64,000 nucleotides of DNA from an uncultured Chthonomonadaceae bacterium (GTDB lineage Bacteria; Armatimonadota; Chthonomonadetes; Chthonomonadales; Chthonomonadaceae). The position numbers were made by a program, and so were the translations under genes. Location of the stretch: the NCBI GenBank assembly GCA_963817895.1, contig CAWFQB010000001.1:512001-576000 (forward strand), given 5' to 3'. Of this stretch, positions 19,284 through 29,990 are shown piece after piece; position 1 is the stretch's first letter; each line of letters opens with the position of its first letter. The notes under the pieces are model-generated. The model had not been told where the DNA came from, did no database searches, and saw only the letters and a list, made by a program, of their open reading frames with translations.

Positions 19284-20756
19284 ATGATGCAGCCGAATAA
19301 ACCCAAAACAACCTCAACGGGCGCGAAATTGACGGCAATGGCAGGCGCAATCGCCGTTCTGGCGGGAGGGCGAGGCGTGGCAGACGTACCCAAAACAAAG
19401 GCGACGACACACCCGGACGTGTCCGGTTCCGTCGCGTACCACAGCGCGGTGCAGAAGACCGCCGGAATGGTTTCCGACGCGACCGCGCAGCACATGGCGA
19501 AGCAGCATGGGCTGGACATTCTCAACTTGACGTGGGAAGACACGGGGCAATTCAAAGGCTCGTCCGTAGGACCCAACATCAGCGACATGACCATTCAGGT
19601 GGCTGCCCGCAACCCGCAAACGCGGCAGTTGGACGTGACCTGCATGCCCGTGATTCGCTATCCCAACTTTTCTGACAAGACCTGCGATCTCGACCCGCGC
19701 GATTTTGAACTGCTTGTCGGTAATCAGGCGTCGGGCAGCGACGGCAATTTGAAGCGGGTATCGCTGTACGAGTTTTTGCAGGAGCCAACGGCGTTTCTGA
19801 CGCATCCGGCCTCGTGGAGCGGGAATAAAGCCAAAAGTTTGATCGCGCCCAATCGTGACAGCAAAGTTCTGGTATCCGCGCAGGCGTGTTTCCTGCCGGT
19901 TCCCAAACAGGGCAAGGCCACATTCAACCCGATCGTGTTCAACTACCAGAGCTACGCCAAAAATCCGGCTGTGCTGACTATTCTCGCCACGCGGGAGGGA
20001 ACGAGCGCAACTGTTATTGACAACACGCGAGACGCTTTCGAAACGGGCGCGGTATGGGGACAGCGCCTGTTCCACAACGCGCATGGGCAGCGCGCCAGCC
20101 TGACGGGGGAGCGCGAAAGTGATTTCAAGGCGAACCATCATAACGACGTTTCGCCAGACAGTCCCGCAGTGGCGAAAACCGAGACCGGCTTGAACATGGT
20201 GCTGCTGATACAGGTTCCCCTAAAGCAACAGGAACGCCCGCGCAGAATGTACGAAATGGAAGACAAAGCAATGGCTGCGCCCGGAATGAGCGCGGGTTCT
20301 ATCCGTAGACGCGCCGCCAGCAACGTGGAAAACGCGGTCATCGGACATGGCGCGATGGAAGGCCCATTCACGGAGATAGACAACCTGCCGGTTGAACGCG
20401 ACCCGCGCTATCCGGTTCGCGTCACCGTACAGTTCTATAAAGCGACGGATAACGGCGTTGTGAGCGCGGACGATTTGCAGGCCATCAAAACGCAGATAGA
20501 TCGCGTGTACGCGCATAGCGATAGCGTCGGCAGTCTGGTTACGAATGGCGAAACGGGGCGCGTCACGGAATACGCGGGCGCGAAAGTGCAGCCTGCCGAC
20601 TGGTGGCAGACCTTCTGGCGCGATTACGAGGCGCATTTCCACGTTCCGCGCGAAGTCGCCATCCAGCGCCTGCGCAAACTCCTCGGACACGATTATGAAC
20701 GACAGCCGGTGACGGATTTGTACGCGCGTCATCTGCTGCGCCATCACAGCGCATAG
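19284..20756 (+). CDS. Hypothetical exported protein
   Basis: 490-aa ORF with RBS and signal-like N-terminus; WEDTGQFKGSSVGPNISDMT and FNYQS blocks. Confidence 0.75.
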   Translation: MMQPNKPKTTSTGAKLTAMAGAIAVLAGGRGVADVPKTKATTHPDVSGSVAYHSAVQKTAGMVSDATAQHMAKQHGLDILNLTWEDTGQFKGSSVGPNISDMTIQVAARNPQTRQLDVTCMPVIRYPNFSDKTCDLDPRDFELLVGNQASGSDGNLKRVSLYEFLQEPTAFLTHPASWSGNKAKSLIAPNRDSKVLVSAQACFLPVPKQGKATFNPIVFNYQSYAKNPAVLTILATREGTSATVIDNTRDAFETGAVWGQRLFHNAHGQRASLTGERESDFKANHHNDVSPDSPAVAKTETGLNMVLLIQVPLKQQERPRRMYEMEDKAMAAPGMSAGSIRRRAASNVENAVIGHGAMEGPFTEIDNLPVERDPRYPVRVTVQFYKATDNGVVSADDLQAIKTQIDRVYAHSDSVGSLVTNGETGRVTEYAGAKVQPADWWQTFWRDYEAHFHVPREVAIQRLRKLLGHDYERQPVTDLYARHLLRHHSA

Positions 20757-20772
20757 TATTCCGTCAATGGTG

Positions 20773-20959
20773 AACCTTGTAGGGGCGCTGCTTGCTGCGC
20801 CCTCTCAAAACTCTGAAAACGTTGCGATCTCTCAAAACTCTAAAAACGTTGCGCCCTCTGGAAACTTGCTGCGCCTTGTTGCAAAGAGGGTTCAGCAGAC
20901 TGTGAAGAGGGTTCAGCAGACTGTGAAGAGGGTTCAGCAAGCAGAACCCCTACAAGGTT
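20773..20959. repeat. GTAG-type REP pair with internal tandem duplications
   Basis: AACCTTGTAGGGG ... CCCCTACAAGGTT arms; AAGAGGGTTCAGCA three times at 21-nt period; CTCTCAAAACTCT.AAAACGTTGCG twice. Confidence 0.8.
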
Positions 20960-20987
20960 TCCGCGATGTGATTGTTCAATAGGGTTG

Positions 20988-22383
20988 TTATCTGGCGCGC
21001 GTGGCGAGGAACAGATAGGTTTCATCGCCGGGGAGGTCGGTGACGGTCAGCGTTTTGGCGTTGTGGAGAGGGAGGGTCTTGCGCGGGCCATCCCATCCGT
21101 ACACATTGATGTAGGTCGCGTCGGAGGGTATGTCGGTCAGTGTAAACGCATTGCCGGGATGATTGCTCCACGCCTTGCGGTTTTGCCACACCCACAGTTT
21201 TTTGCTCGCGCCCGTCAACACGAACTCGCCTTTGCCGCGTGGGTCGAGGCTGGCAAACTTCATGCCGCGCGTCAGGTTTATTACCATTTGCAGCGTTTTG
21301 CCGCGCAGAGTGGGCGTATATGGGTCGGGATTTTCCGTCATGCCGAACTCTTTATCGCTTGATGTGTTGTTGAATAGGTTCCACGGAAAGGCGATCACGG
21401 TCACGGGCGTTTTGCCGTCGTTGCCCACCACGCCCAGATTGTCCCAGATGCCCGTCAATAGCCCGCGCCGCCTGCGGTTCTTCGACAAGCCGCTTTTTGT
21501 AGTTGAACTCGGTCGAATAAAACCGAATGTCCCGCGTGATGCCGCTTGCCTTTTTCACCATGTCGAAATTGTTCTGCGCGGAGCGCTGGTAGGTGTTTTC
21601 CATCGGCGCGTATTGTACATCGTAATAGGTGTGCAGGTCCATGCCGTCCAGATGCCCGTCGTTCCACAGGGGCGCGAGGGCGGGACCAAGCCCGCGCAAT
21701 TTCCAGTCGGCGAAAGCGTTCGCGCTGAGAAAGCCACCCGGCAGAACCCGCAGCGATTTATCCACACCATGAACGCCTTCTGAAAGTCCCTTTAGCGCGG
21801 CAACGTACTGCGCCGGACCGAGTTTGCCGCCCGCCTTGAAGTCGCCGCCATCCGGTTCGTTGAAGGCCGTATAAATCGTAATGCCCCAATCTTTGACGCG
21901 GTTTTCTCGCGCCCACGCGCCGTTGGGCCGATACCGTTCCGCAAACGCGCATCCCAAACTCGCCCATTGCGTCTCGCTTCCCGCCGCCATGTTGTTTTTG
22001 GTCACGTAATCCGAGTAGAACTCGAACAGAATCAGGGGCGTCACGTTGCGCGTATGCGCCAGCAGGAGAATGTTGTCCAGCGCGTGAATGTTGGGCCGGT
22101 TCCAATCGTTGTTGACGAGATACTTGCCCGGATACAGGTTGATACGGCAGGCATGCGCGTCCAGCGTTTCCAGAACCGCGAACTGCCGCTGCTCGTTCGC
22201 GCCCACGTCGCCGTTCGTAAAGTTTCCGCCGCCTATACGCGCGTTGATGTTGCCCGACGGTTCCCGCGTTTCCGCTTTTTGCCCCTGCGTCCCTCTCATT
22301 CCGCAAAGCGCGAGCGCAAGCAGTACGCCGCCTACGCGAAACCAAATGCGCGGCGTACCGATAAATCGTATGAATAATCTCAT
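20988..22383 (-). CDS. Secreted clan GH-A glycoside hydrolase-like protein (frameshift near 21465)
   Basis: Signal peptide; AFNEPD, DLHTY and STEFN motifs; continues in the 20988-21488 frame (GIWDNLG...FPWN). Confidence 0.7.
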
Positions 22384-22562
22384 AACTCTGTTCCCCTGTG
22401 GAATGAAATCGCGCCCCAATCTCTGAACTGAACGAATTCCTGTCACGGCAGCAGGAATTTTGTGTCAAACTGAGAATAGAGTTTTCACGACGCCGATTCC
22501 TCTTTTTGCCTGTAAAGTTGCCAATCAAGGAGAAAAGTTTGACTGCCACGAAACATTCTGCA

Positions 22563-23501
22563 ATGCCGATATTGATAACCGGGCTGATGCTGTTCAGCGC
22601 GCTGCTTGTCACCACCGACCTTTCCGCGCAAAACGCGAAAAAGCCCAAACCGAAAACAGGAGCCGCGAAACCCGCCGATAAGAGCGCGGCCACAACGGGC
22701 GGCGGCGCGGACGCCGATGCGATTGCGGCAGGTAAAAAAATCTACGACGCGAACGGCTGCTCTACCTGCCACGCGATTTCCGGCAAGGGCGGCGCGGCGG
22801 GACCGATTCTGACCACAACGGGAGCCGCGCCCACCCACACGGCGCAATGGCTTGGCGAACAGGTGGCCAACCCCAAAGCGCACAATCCCGGTTCCACGAT
22901 GCCGGGTTACGCCACTTCCATCAAGGGCAAAGACCTCACCGCGCTGTCCGTGTTTCTGGTGAGTCTGAAGGGCGAACCGGCCGCCGCGCTCAACGCGCCC
23001 AAAAAGCTCGGCATTGCGCCCGACCCTGCCGCAATGGGGCAGATACAGAAAATGGGCGGGCTGGTCAGCCCGGTTGCCGAAAACGACGACCATCTGGACA
23101 TCAACCTGCGCATGGCGGGAACGGCTGCCAACGACGCGGCCCTGACACCCGTAAGCAAACTGGCGGGAACGTCCCGGCTGGACCTGGGACAAACGGCAAT
23201 TACGGACGCAGGTTTAGCCCGGTTGAAGGGGCTGAAAAACCTGACCGCGCTGCATCTGGAGGGTACGCGCATCACGGACGCGGGACTTGTGGCGATACAG
23301 GACATGCGCAGTCTGGAATACCTGAACCTGTACAACACGGGCGTGACGGATGCCGGACTGGAACATCTCACGCGCCTGACCAATCTGCGCCATCTGTATG
23401 TGTGGCAGACCAAAGTGACGGACGCGGGCGTCGCCAAACTGAAAAAGGCGCTGCCGCAGGTTGAAATCGTGCAGGGTATTGCCGCCACGCCCGCAAAATA
23501 G
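22563..23501 (+). CDS. Exported c-type cytochrome + leucine-rich-repeat protein
   Basis: Signal peptide; CSTCH heme motif with GSTMP; LxxLxLxxTxITDAGL repeats. Confidence 0.85.
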   Translation: MPILITGLMLFSALLVTTDLSAQNAKKPKPKTGAAKPADKSAATTGGGADADAIAAGKKIYDANGCSTCHAISGKGGAAGPILTTTGAAPTHTAQWLGEQVANPKAHNPGSTMPGYATSIKGKDLTALSVFLVSLKGEPAAALNAPKKLGIAPDPAAMGQIQKMGGLVSPVAENDDHLDINLRMAGTAANDAALTPVSKLAGTSRLDLGQTAITDAGLARLKGLKNLTALHLEGTRITDAGLVAIQDMRSLEYLNLYNTGVTDAGLEHLTRLTNLRHLYVWQTKVTDAGVAKLKKALPQVEIVQGIAATPAK

Positions 23502-23525
23502 CAACTTGTCATTTGCTGAACGGTT

Positions 23526-24575
23526 ATGATGAACCGCAAACGCGCGCCTGTGCCAGAAGTTCTCAAAAGCCTCCGCAAACGCCTGAACCATCGTGATGAA
23601 ACCATACGCGAACAGGCGTTTCAGGAGGCGCTTGCCCTGCCGCCCGAAATGCTGCTGCGATTGATGCAATGGGATGCGGGACGGGCGCGCGTTTACGGGC
23701 GGATACATCATGCTCTGGGCGGTTCCTGCTGTCTGTGGGTTTTGATTTGCCTTGTAACCGCTATCGGGCAATTTGTCTATAAGACAGCCTTTCTGCTGCG
23801 GGACGCGCTGCTGTTTTTGTGGATGCCGCTCTCCTTTGTCGCGATGGGGAGAATACAGGCTCGCACCCGCTTGTGCGGTGTGTTGAGTCGCGTCATTATG
23901 GCCCGCGATGAGGCGCGTTTTGTATTTCCGGCTCTGATGTTTTACCACTATGTGGAAACAGATATGTACACGGACATTCGCCAGACCCTGCTGCGCCTCA
24001 TGCCGCTTTTAACGCCTGCGGATGTGGAGGAATGGACGAGTGAGTGTACAGCGGCTTCCCGGCAGCGCATGTTCTGGCGTTCGCGCGGTTTTGACCTGTG
24101 GCACGATCTGGAGATGCTGGATTGCGCGCTGGAAACGCTGGCGCGCGTGGGAAGCGCGGAAGACGTTGTCACTGTTCGCAGTGTCGCGCGTCTGACGCCG
24201 GAGCAGATTGCCCGCAAAATACGCCCGCATGCGCTTGCCGATGACCGCAAAGAGGTATATCGCGCCATTCGCAATTCTACAATCCTAAACCCCAAACAGC
24301 ACGGCAGAATTGACCCGGAAAATAACGCGGTGATGCAGGACGAGCGTTACCGCCAATGGTGTTTGAGTCGGGCGCGGGAGATATACGCGCTGGCGAATTG
24401 CAGTCTCGCCGCATTGTTGGAGCGGGGCGAACAGCAGCAACGGGCGGCGGGATTGTTACGCGCTTCTCAGGCGACAGACACAGAGGCCGCGAAGATTCTA
24501 TTACGCCCGCAAATCGAACACGAATCCCAAACACCGCCTGAACAACTGCTGCGCGCGAATACATCAAAACTCTAA
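23526..24575 (+). CDS. Hypothetical 2-TM protein, triple-LLR C-terminal family
   Basis: TM hairpin; ALETLARVG; tail GLLRAS...ILLRP...TPPEQLLRA. Confidence 0.75.
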   Translation: MMNRKRAPVPEVLKSLRKRLNHRDETIREQAFQEALALPPEMLLRLMQWDAGRARVYGRIHHALGGSCCLWVLICLVTAIGQFVYKTAFLLRDALLFLWMPLSFVAMGRIQARTRLCGVLSRVIMARDEARFVFPALMFYHYVETDMYTDIRQTLLRLMPLLTPADVEEWTSECTAASRQRMFWRSRGFDLWHDLEMLDCALETLARVGSAEDVVTVRSVARLTPEQIARKIRPHALADDRKEVYRAIRNSTILNPKQHGRIDPENNAVMQDERYRQWCLSRAREIYALANCSLAALLERGEQQQRAAGLLRASQATDTEAAKILLRPQIEHESQTPPEQLLRANTSKL

Positions 24576-24621
24576 CAACCTAACAACCTAACAACTTAAC
24601 AACCTGAAACGGAGGCTTGAC

Positions 24622-25903
24622 ATGGCGCAGGACAGACGGCAATTTCTTATCAATTCGGCTCTGGCGGGAGCGGCTGCGGCATTGCTTGATACGCCTGCAA
24701 ACGCGAAGCGGCATTCACAGGCGGATAAACTCAACGTCGCGGTTGTGGGCGTGGCGAACCGGGGCGGGGATAATTTGAACGGCGTGAGCAGCCTGAGCAG
24801 CGTCAATATCGTGGCCCTGTGCGACGTGGATGACAACTATCTTCATGCCGCCGGGTCGCGCTTTCCCAACGCCAAAACCTACAACGATTACCGCAAGATG
24901 CTCGAACAGAAAGACATTGACGCGGTTGTCGTCAGCACGCCCGATCACATGCACGGGCCGATTACCCTTGCCGCAATGGAAGCGGGACACGATGTATATT
25001 GCGAAAAGCCCCTTGCACATACGGTTGCCGAGTGCCGCAAAGTGACCGATACCGCCCGCAAATTGAAGCGGGTTACGCAGATGGGGACGCAGATACACGC
25101 GACGGCTAATTATCGCCGCGTGGTGGAGAAGATACAGGCGGGCGCAATTGGAACTGTGACGGAGGCGCACTCGTGGTCGGACAAAGTTTGGACGGGTGTT
25201 TCGCCCCTGCCTGAAAGCAGGCCGCAGCCCCCGACCCTGCACTGGGATTTATGGCTCGGCAAGTCCGCGCCGCGCCCGTACAATGAGGCGTATGTGCCGG
25301 CCAAATGGCGCGGCTGGTGGCAATGGGGCGGAGGAACCCTTGCGGACATGGCCTGTCACCATTTAGACCTGCCGTTCTGGGCGCTGAATCTGGACTATCC
25401 GCGCACTATCAGAAGCAACCGGCCCGCCCGTCAGCCCGGACATTACTCCGGCATGGCTGATTGTACACTATGCGTTTCCCGCCCGCGATCAACGCGCGCC
25501 CGTCGAATTAAACTGGTATTGCGGCGGCAAGCGCCCGCCCCAATTTGAGCAGGCAGGCGTTCTGCCCAGATGGGGCGACGGAACGCTGTTTGTGGGCAAC
25601 AAGGGGATGCTGCTGGCCGATTACGACCGTCATGTACTGCTGCCGGAAAAGGATTTCGCCGGTTACGCCGCGCCCCCGCTCTCCATTCCCGACAGCATCG
25701 GACATCATGCCGAATGGGTGGAAGCCTGCAAGCATCGGGGAACCACAACCTGCCGTTTCGAGTACAGCGGACTGCTTGCGGAAACCGTCGCGCTCGGCAA
25801 TGTCGCGTACCGCATGGGCCAAAAACTGGAATGGAACGCCCGCGCCCTGAAAGTCACGAACTGCCGCGAAGCCGATGCGCTGTTACATCCGTCCAAAGTA
25901 TAG
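24622..25903 (+). CDS. Tat-exported Gfo/Idh/MocA oxidoreductase (frameshift near 25420)
   Basis: DRRQFL Tat motif; VGVANRG, STPDHMH, YCEKP, DMACH; removing one C restores the frame into 25592-25903. Confidence 0.85.
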
Positions 25904-25981
25904 GAGCGGCCAACATCAGGCCGAATACCTGAACACCAAACACCTGAATATCGGCTTTTTCTACCGGGGAGGAGGCGAACA

Positions 25982-26917
25982 ATGCGCGTTCAGCACACCC
26001 ATGAGCGGGAACCGGAGCAGGAATCAGGTTTGGAAAGTATTCGCGCCCGCCTGCAAAATGACCGTCAGGAGGTGGACAGCGAAGCGGCTGCAAGCCTGGA
26101 GTCTTCTGATGCAGAGCAACTGCTGCGGACGGGACAGGCGGAAGCGCGACATTGGCGGCGTGTTGAAGTCGCTACCAATTGGACAATGGCGCTGTGCTGG
26201 CTTGTGGGTCTGAGTCTGTTGATCTTTCGTCCGCTCACGCATGCCCTATCGCGCCAGTTTGATGAGATTGTGGGATATGGAGTGATCGTTCTCGGCGGCT
26301 ACATTGTGCAACGCTATCGCAGGCAAATGTCAGTGTCGCGCCTGAAATTGGCGCAAAACTACAGCAATGTTCGTGACAAACGGCTGGTTCCCATGGGATT
26401 GCTGTTGCTGCGCGACCGCTCCGTGAACAATCCAATGCTCGTTGAGATGCTGGTTCGCTCCCTGCCGCTTTTGACCTATAACGAAGTTCAAATGTGGACC
26501 TACGAACAAAGGGCCGCGCTTCTATCTGTTCTGGAACTCCCCCTGCGCGACTACCGGCTGGCGCTGGCCGCGCTGAAAGCATTGGAACAGGTAGGGGATG
26601 AAAGCGCGTTGCCTGTGGCGCAGAAACTGGCGGACATGCAGCGCGAATTGCCTCTTTTACGCGAAGATGTCTTGAAGTTGTTCCGTCCAAACCTCAATAT
26701 GCTTGCGATGGAGGTCAAACAAGAGGCAAAGCAGTGCCTGCCTTATCTGACTGGCCGAGCGAATGAGCAGCGGCTGGCGCGAACTTTGCTGCGTGGCTCA
26801 ACGGCGACCATTATACCGAGCGCGGATATTCTGCTGCGCCCGGCAACGGGAGAAGCGGACACCCTGCCCTCAGAGCAACTGTTGAGGCCGGTGGAGGAAG
26901 AAGAGAGTAGTATATAG
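25982..26917 (+). CDS. Hypothetical 2-TM protein, triple-LLR C-terminal family
   Basis: GGAGG RBS; TM hairpin; ALKALEQVGDESALPV; tail TLLRGS...ILLRPA...PSEQLLRP. Confidence 0.8.
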   Translation: MRVQHTHEREPEQESGLESIRARLQNDRQEVDSEAAASLESSDAEQLLRTGQAEARHWRRVEVATNWTMALCWLVGLSLLIFRPLTHALSRQFDEIVGYGVIVLGGYIVQRYRRQMSVSRLKLAQNYSNVRDKRLVPMGLLLLRDRSVNNPMLVEMLVRSLPLLTYNEVQMWTYEQRAALLSVLELPLRDYRLALAALKALEQVGDESALPVAQKLADMQRELPLLREDVLKLFRPNLNMLAMEVKQEAKQCLPYLTGRANEQRLARTLLRGSTATIIPSADILLRPATGEADTLPSEQLLRPVEEEESSI

Positions 26918-26995
26918 CTTTTTCGTTGCTTTGATTGGCGCGCAGGGCAAGGTGTAACAGGTATCGCTTCCATCCTCCATCTCGCATCCATTATT

Positions 26996-27698
26996 TTACC
27001 CTGTGCGGATGTCGCGCAGGTATTTTGCATGGCCGTCGAGGAACAGGCGATTGCGCCCGCCGGTGTGGACGGCATCGCCTTTTAATTCATTTGGCACGGT
27101 GGGAATAGTGCGGGGGAAATAGGGGTCAACGGCCATTTCCACATCGGCGGGGCCGTCGGGAATGCCCGCCTGCGGGTTGTTGGCCTGCCGCAAATCAGCG
27201 ACGGCCTGCAATTCCATTTTGCCCCAGAACTCATCCAGGGGCGTGGGAACGTCCGGGCGGTCGAAGCGCCAGAGCCAGTAGCGCGTGATGGCTGCGTTGG
27301 GAGTGGCGTCCACCGCCTGTGCCACCTGTGGGGCGTCGCGCATCATGCTTCCCGCCACGCTTGGACAGTTCCAGATGGCCTGATTACGAGTATACGGCTG
27401 CAAGACAAGCGCGGCCCATGCCCCGCGCGGATCGGATGTCGGCCAGGTAGTCCAGGGCTTATAGCCGCCTGGAAAAGCCGTCTTTAGATCGCGGCGGTCG
27501 GGCATCAATTCGTCATAATCCTGCACATACATAGCAAACGCGGTTCCAATCTGCCGCAGATTGGACAGACACGCGGCCTGCCGCGCTTTTTCCCGCGCCT
27601 GCGCAAAGACCGGAAACAGAATCGCCGCGAGAATCGCAATAATCGCGATCACGACGAGCAATTCGATCAGGGTGAAGGCGGTGTTGGGTGTTGGGCAT
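26996..27698 (-). CDS. Prepilin-type N-terminal cleavage / DUF1559 H-X9-DG protein
   Basis: [34 protein letters not shown]...[15 protein letters not shown]. The likely ATG (27698) is out of frame, implying a small indel near 27680. Confidence 0.88.
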
Positions 27699-27746
27699 TT
27701 AGACCCTGTGAACTCCTTTCGCCTGAGAGCATGAAAATAGGTGACT

Positions 27747-27795
27747 CCCCTTCTCCCAAGCTTTTTTGGGAGAAGGGGCCGAGGGTTGAGGGCTA
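27747..27795. repeat. CCCCT(T)CTCCC...GGGAGA(A)GGGG palindromic element (copies near 35436, 55550, 57503)
   Basis: Four similar hairpins, several followed by GGGTTGAGGGC. Confidence 0.75.
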
Positions 27796-27992
27796 TTTCA
27801 AAAACAGAATTTGGATTGTTGGCTGGCATGGTTTTGTGACTTGCTTGTAAACGTGTTTGTCTCTTGTTGGTTTTACCTGCGTGGCGCGTACAGAGTTCCC
27901 GAAACTTTTAAGGACGCGCCCTGCAACGTTCCCGCGATAAAATTCATAAAGTTTGTCGCGTGTATTTGCGGCTAAATTCAGGAGTGTACAGT

Positions 27993-28997
27993 ATGAGTGA
28001 CGAACCATTATTGGAACCGCGCCGGTCGAAAGCGACGTTCTGGACACGCTTGCAGGAAAAGTCGCTGCCGGAAGCGGCCTGGCTCAACGAGCAAAAACAA
28101 CTGGCGGGAATGGAACCGGCACAACGCCGGGCATGGCTGAAGCGGCTGCGCCATGGCAACAAGTTTATTCGTCAGGAGACGTTGCGCAGTTTTCACGGAT
28201 TATCGCCTGCCGTCCGGCGTCTGCTGACAGCGCAAGCCTATCAGCAGGCGCTTATGCAGCAGGTGACGCTGGCAATACCGGGCAGTTTTACAAGCATTGT
28301 CCTTCTTGTTGTTGGCGCGGTCAGCGGATGGCAATGGTTAGCGCTCAACAGCCTGTTCACAATGGTAATATGGTTCGTATTGGCAGCATATCTCCTGCCC
28401 AATCGTCAGCGGGCGCTGGCGAAAAACCTTCTGGATCAGACGTGGGACGCGCGCCTGCTTCCCTACCTGCTTATCCGACAGTATCAGAATCGCGCTAACA
28501 ATCGCTCGGAATTGAAGATATTCGGCGGGCGCAACATTCGCAATGCGCTGGTTCGGCTGCTGCCGCTGGCGCAGGAGAGCGATGTGGCGGAATGGACGGG
28601 AACGCATTGGAACTATATGCTGTACTATCTGTGGAATCCGCATGACGACGTGGAGATCACCCTTCTGACGCTGAACTTCGTCGCGCGATACGGCAATGAG
28701 CAGGCGTTGCGCGCGGTGGAGGCGATGACCAAAAAGCAAATTAATCTGGAACACGCGACCACGATAGGAGCCGCGCGAACCGCGCTGGAAGCCAATCGCG
28801 AGGTGATACAGGCTGCGGCAGAAGCCTGCCTGCCGCCCCTGCGGGCCTCGGTCGCGCTGCAAAAGCAGGCGCAAACCCTGCTGCGTCCATCAGGCGAAAC
28901 GCCCGCAATGGGACAAGATATTTTACTCCGTCCCGCGTCCGCTTACATGACGGACACGCCCGCCGAACAACTGCTGCGCCCCGGAAGCGCGGAGTAG
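27993..28997 (+). CDS. Hypothetical 2-TM protein, triple-LLR C-terminal family
   Basis: AGGAG RBS; TM hairpin; AAEACLPPL; tail TLLRPS...ILLRPA...TPAEQLLRP. Confidence 0.8.
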   Translation: MSDEPLLEPRRSKATFWTRLQEKSLPEAAWLNEQKQLAGMEPAQRRAWLKRLRHGNKFIRQETLRSFHGLSPAVRRLLTAQAYQQALMQQVTLAIPGSFTSIVLLVVGAVSGWQWLALNSLFTMVIWFVLAAYLLPNRQRALAKNLLDQTWDARLLPYLLIRQYQNRANNRSELKIFGGRNIRNALVRLLPLAQESDVAEWTGTHWNYMLYYLWNPHDDVEITLLTLNFVARYGNEQALRAVEAMTKKQINLEHATTIGAARTALEANREVIQAAAEACLPPLRASVALQKQAQTLLRPSGETPAMGQDILLRPASAYMTDTPAEQLLRPGSAE

Positions 28998-29053
28998 CGA
29001 GAAACAGGGCGCAACCCTGAACAAATCTATAACAATCTATAAGGTATCCGTTC

Positions 29054-29752
29054 GTGGAAACATTCTCAACTCTGGACGTGTCGCAGCCATTGGTGGAACA
29101 ACTGCCACCCCTGCCCCGCGAATTCTATTTGCAGGACACGCTGCTTGTCGCGAAACGTTTGCTCAATTGCCTGCTGGTACATGATGGCGCGGATGGCCTG
29201 ACAGTGGGGCGCATCTCGGAAACGGAAGCGTATACCCACAATGACCCCGCCTGCCATGCCTTTACGCGCAAAACCACCCGCAACGCGGCTATGTTCGGCC
29301 CGCCCGGACATGCGTACCTGCATCTGAATTATGGCCTGCACTGGTGCTTTAACGCCGTGACCGCGCCGGAAGATGTTGCCGAGGCCACGCTTGTCCGCGC
29401 TCTGGAACCTCTGGTCGGTGTGGAACTTATGCGGCGGAGGCGTGGTCTAGTGGAAGAGGAAGCGTTGCGCGACGGGACAGACGCAGCAATTATTGCCAGA
29501 CAAACTGTGAAGACAGGAAACTTTTTGTGCGGCGGTCCGGGCAAATTGGCGGTGGCAATGGGCATTACATCGCCGCTCAACACACTTGATTTAACTTTGG
29601 GACGAACGCTCTGGATCGCGCCCCCCACCGCGCAAACCGAGTACGCGGAACCGGACGCTATAGTGGAAACAACGCGCATCGGCATCACCAAAGCCGCCGA
29701 TTATCCCTGGCGCTTTTATCTGCGCAGTGAACCCTACCTTTCAAGAAGATGA
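29054..29752 (+). CDS. mpg: DNA-3-methyladenine glycosylase (MPG/AAG family)
   Basis: GRISETEAY, MFGPPGHAY...YGLHWCFN, GPGKL, TRIGITKA...PWRF. Confidence 0.93.
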   Translation: METFSTLDVSQPLVEQLPPLPREFYLQDTLLVAKRLLNCLLVHDGADGLTVGRISETEAYTHNDPACHAFTRKTTRNAAMFGPPGHAYLHLNYGLHWCFNAVTAPEDVAEATLVRALEPLVGVELMRRRRGLVEEEALRDGTDAAIIARQTVKTGNFLCGGPGKLAVAMGITSPLNTLDLTLGRTLWIAPPTAQTEYAEPDAIVETTRIGITKAADYPWRFYLRSEPYLSRR

Positions 29753-29772
29753 GCCTTTTAAGAAAACAACCC

Positions 29773-29990
29773 TTGTTGAAGAGATAACATCTGTCAGCGA
29801 CCCCATGCGTAAACGCAGGGGCTTGTCCCTAATCTCAGGCCGTAGCCGTTGACTGGAACAATAGGCCCGCCGACAGAGAGGCCCGTGCTGCCAGATTTTG
29901 CGCGGCATTAACGTCCGCGTTGGTCTGGTAGCCACATTGGAGGCAACAAAAACTCTCCTGCGACTTGCGGTTGGCGCGTTCGCAGTGCTG
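29773..29990 (-). ncRNA. Predicted TnpB omega (re)RNA: scaffold over the tnpB 3' end and right end, guide from the flank
   Basis: Inferred from known TnpB architecture. Guide would start just after TGAC (AGATGTTATCTCTTCAACAA); 5' boundary is a guess. Confidence 0.5.

Noticed and set aside
20800..20945. Short repeated units that might be a CRISPR array
   Set aside because: Units are directly tandem with no unique spacers, lie inside a REP pair, and no cas genes are present.
27699..27829. Long N-terminal extension of the DUF1559 protein
   Set aside because: It reads through a palindromic repeat; prepilin-like leaders are short and an ATG lies at 27698.
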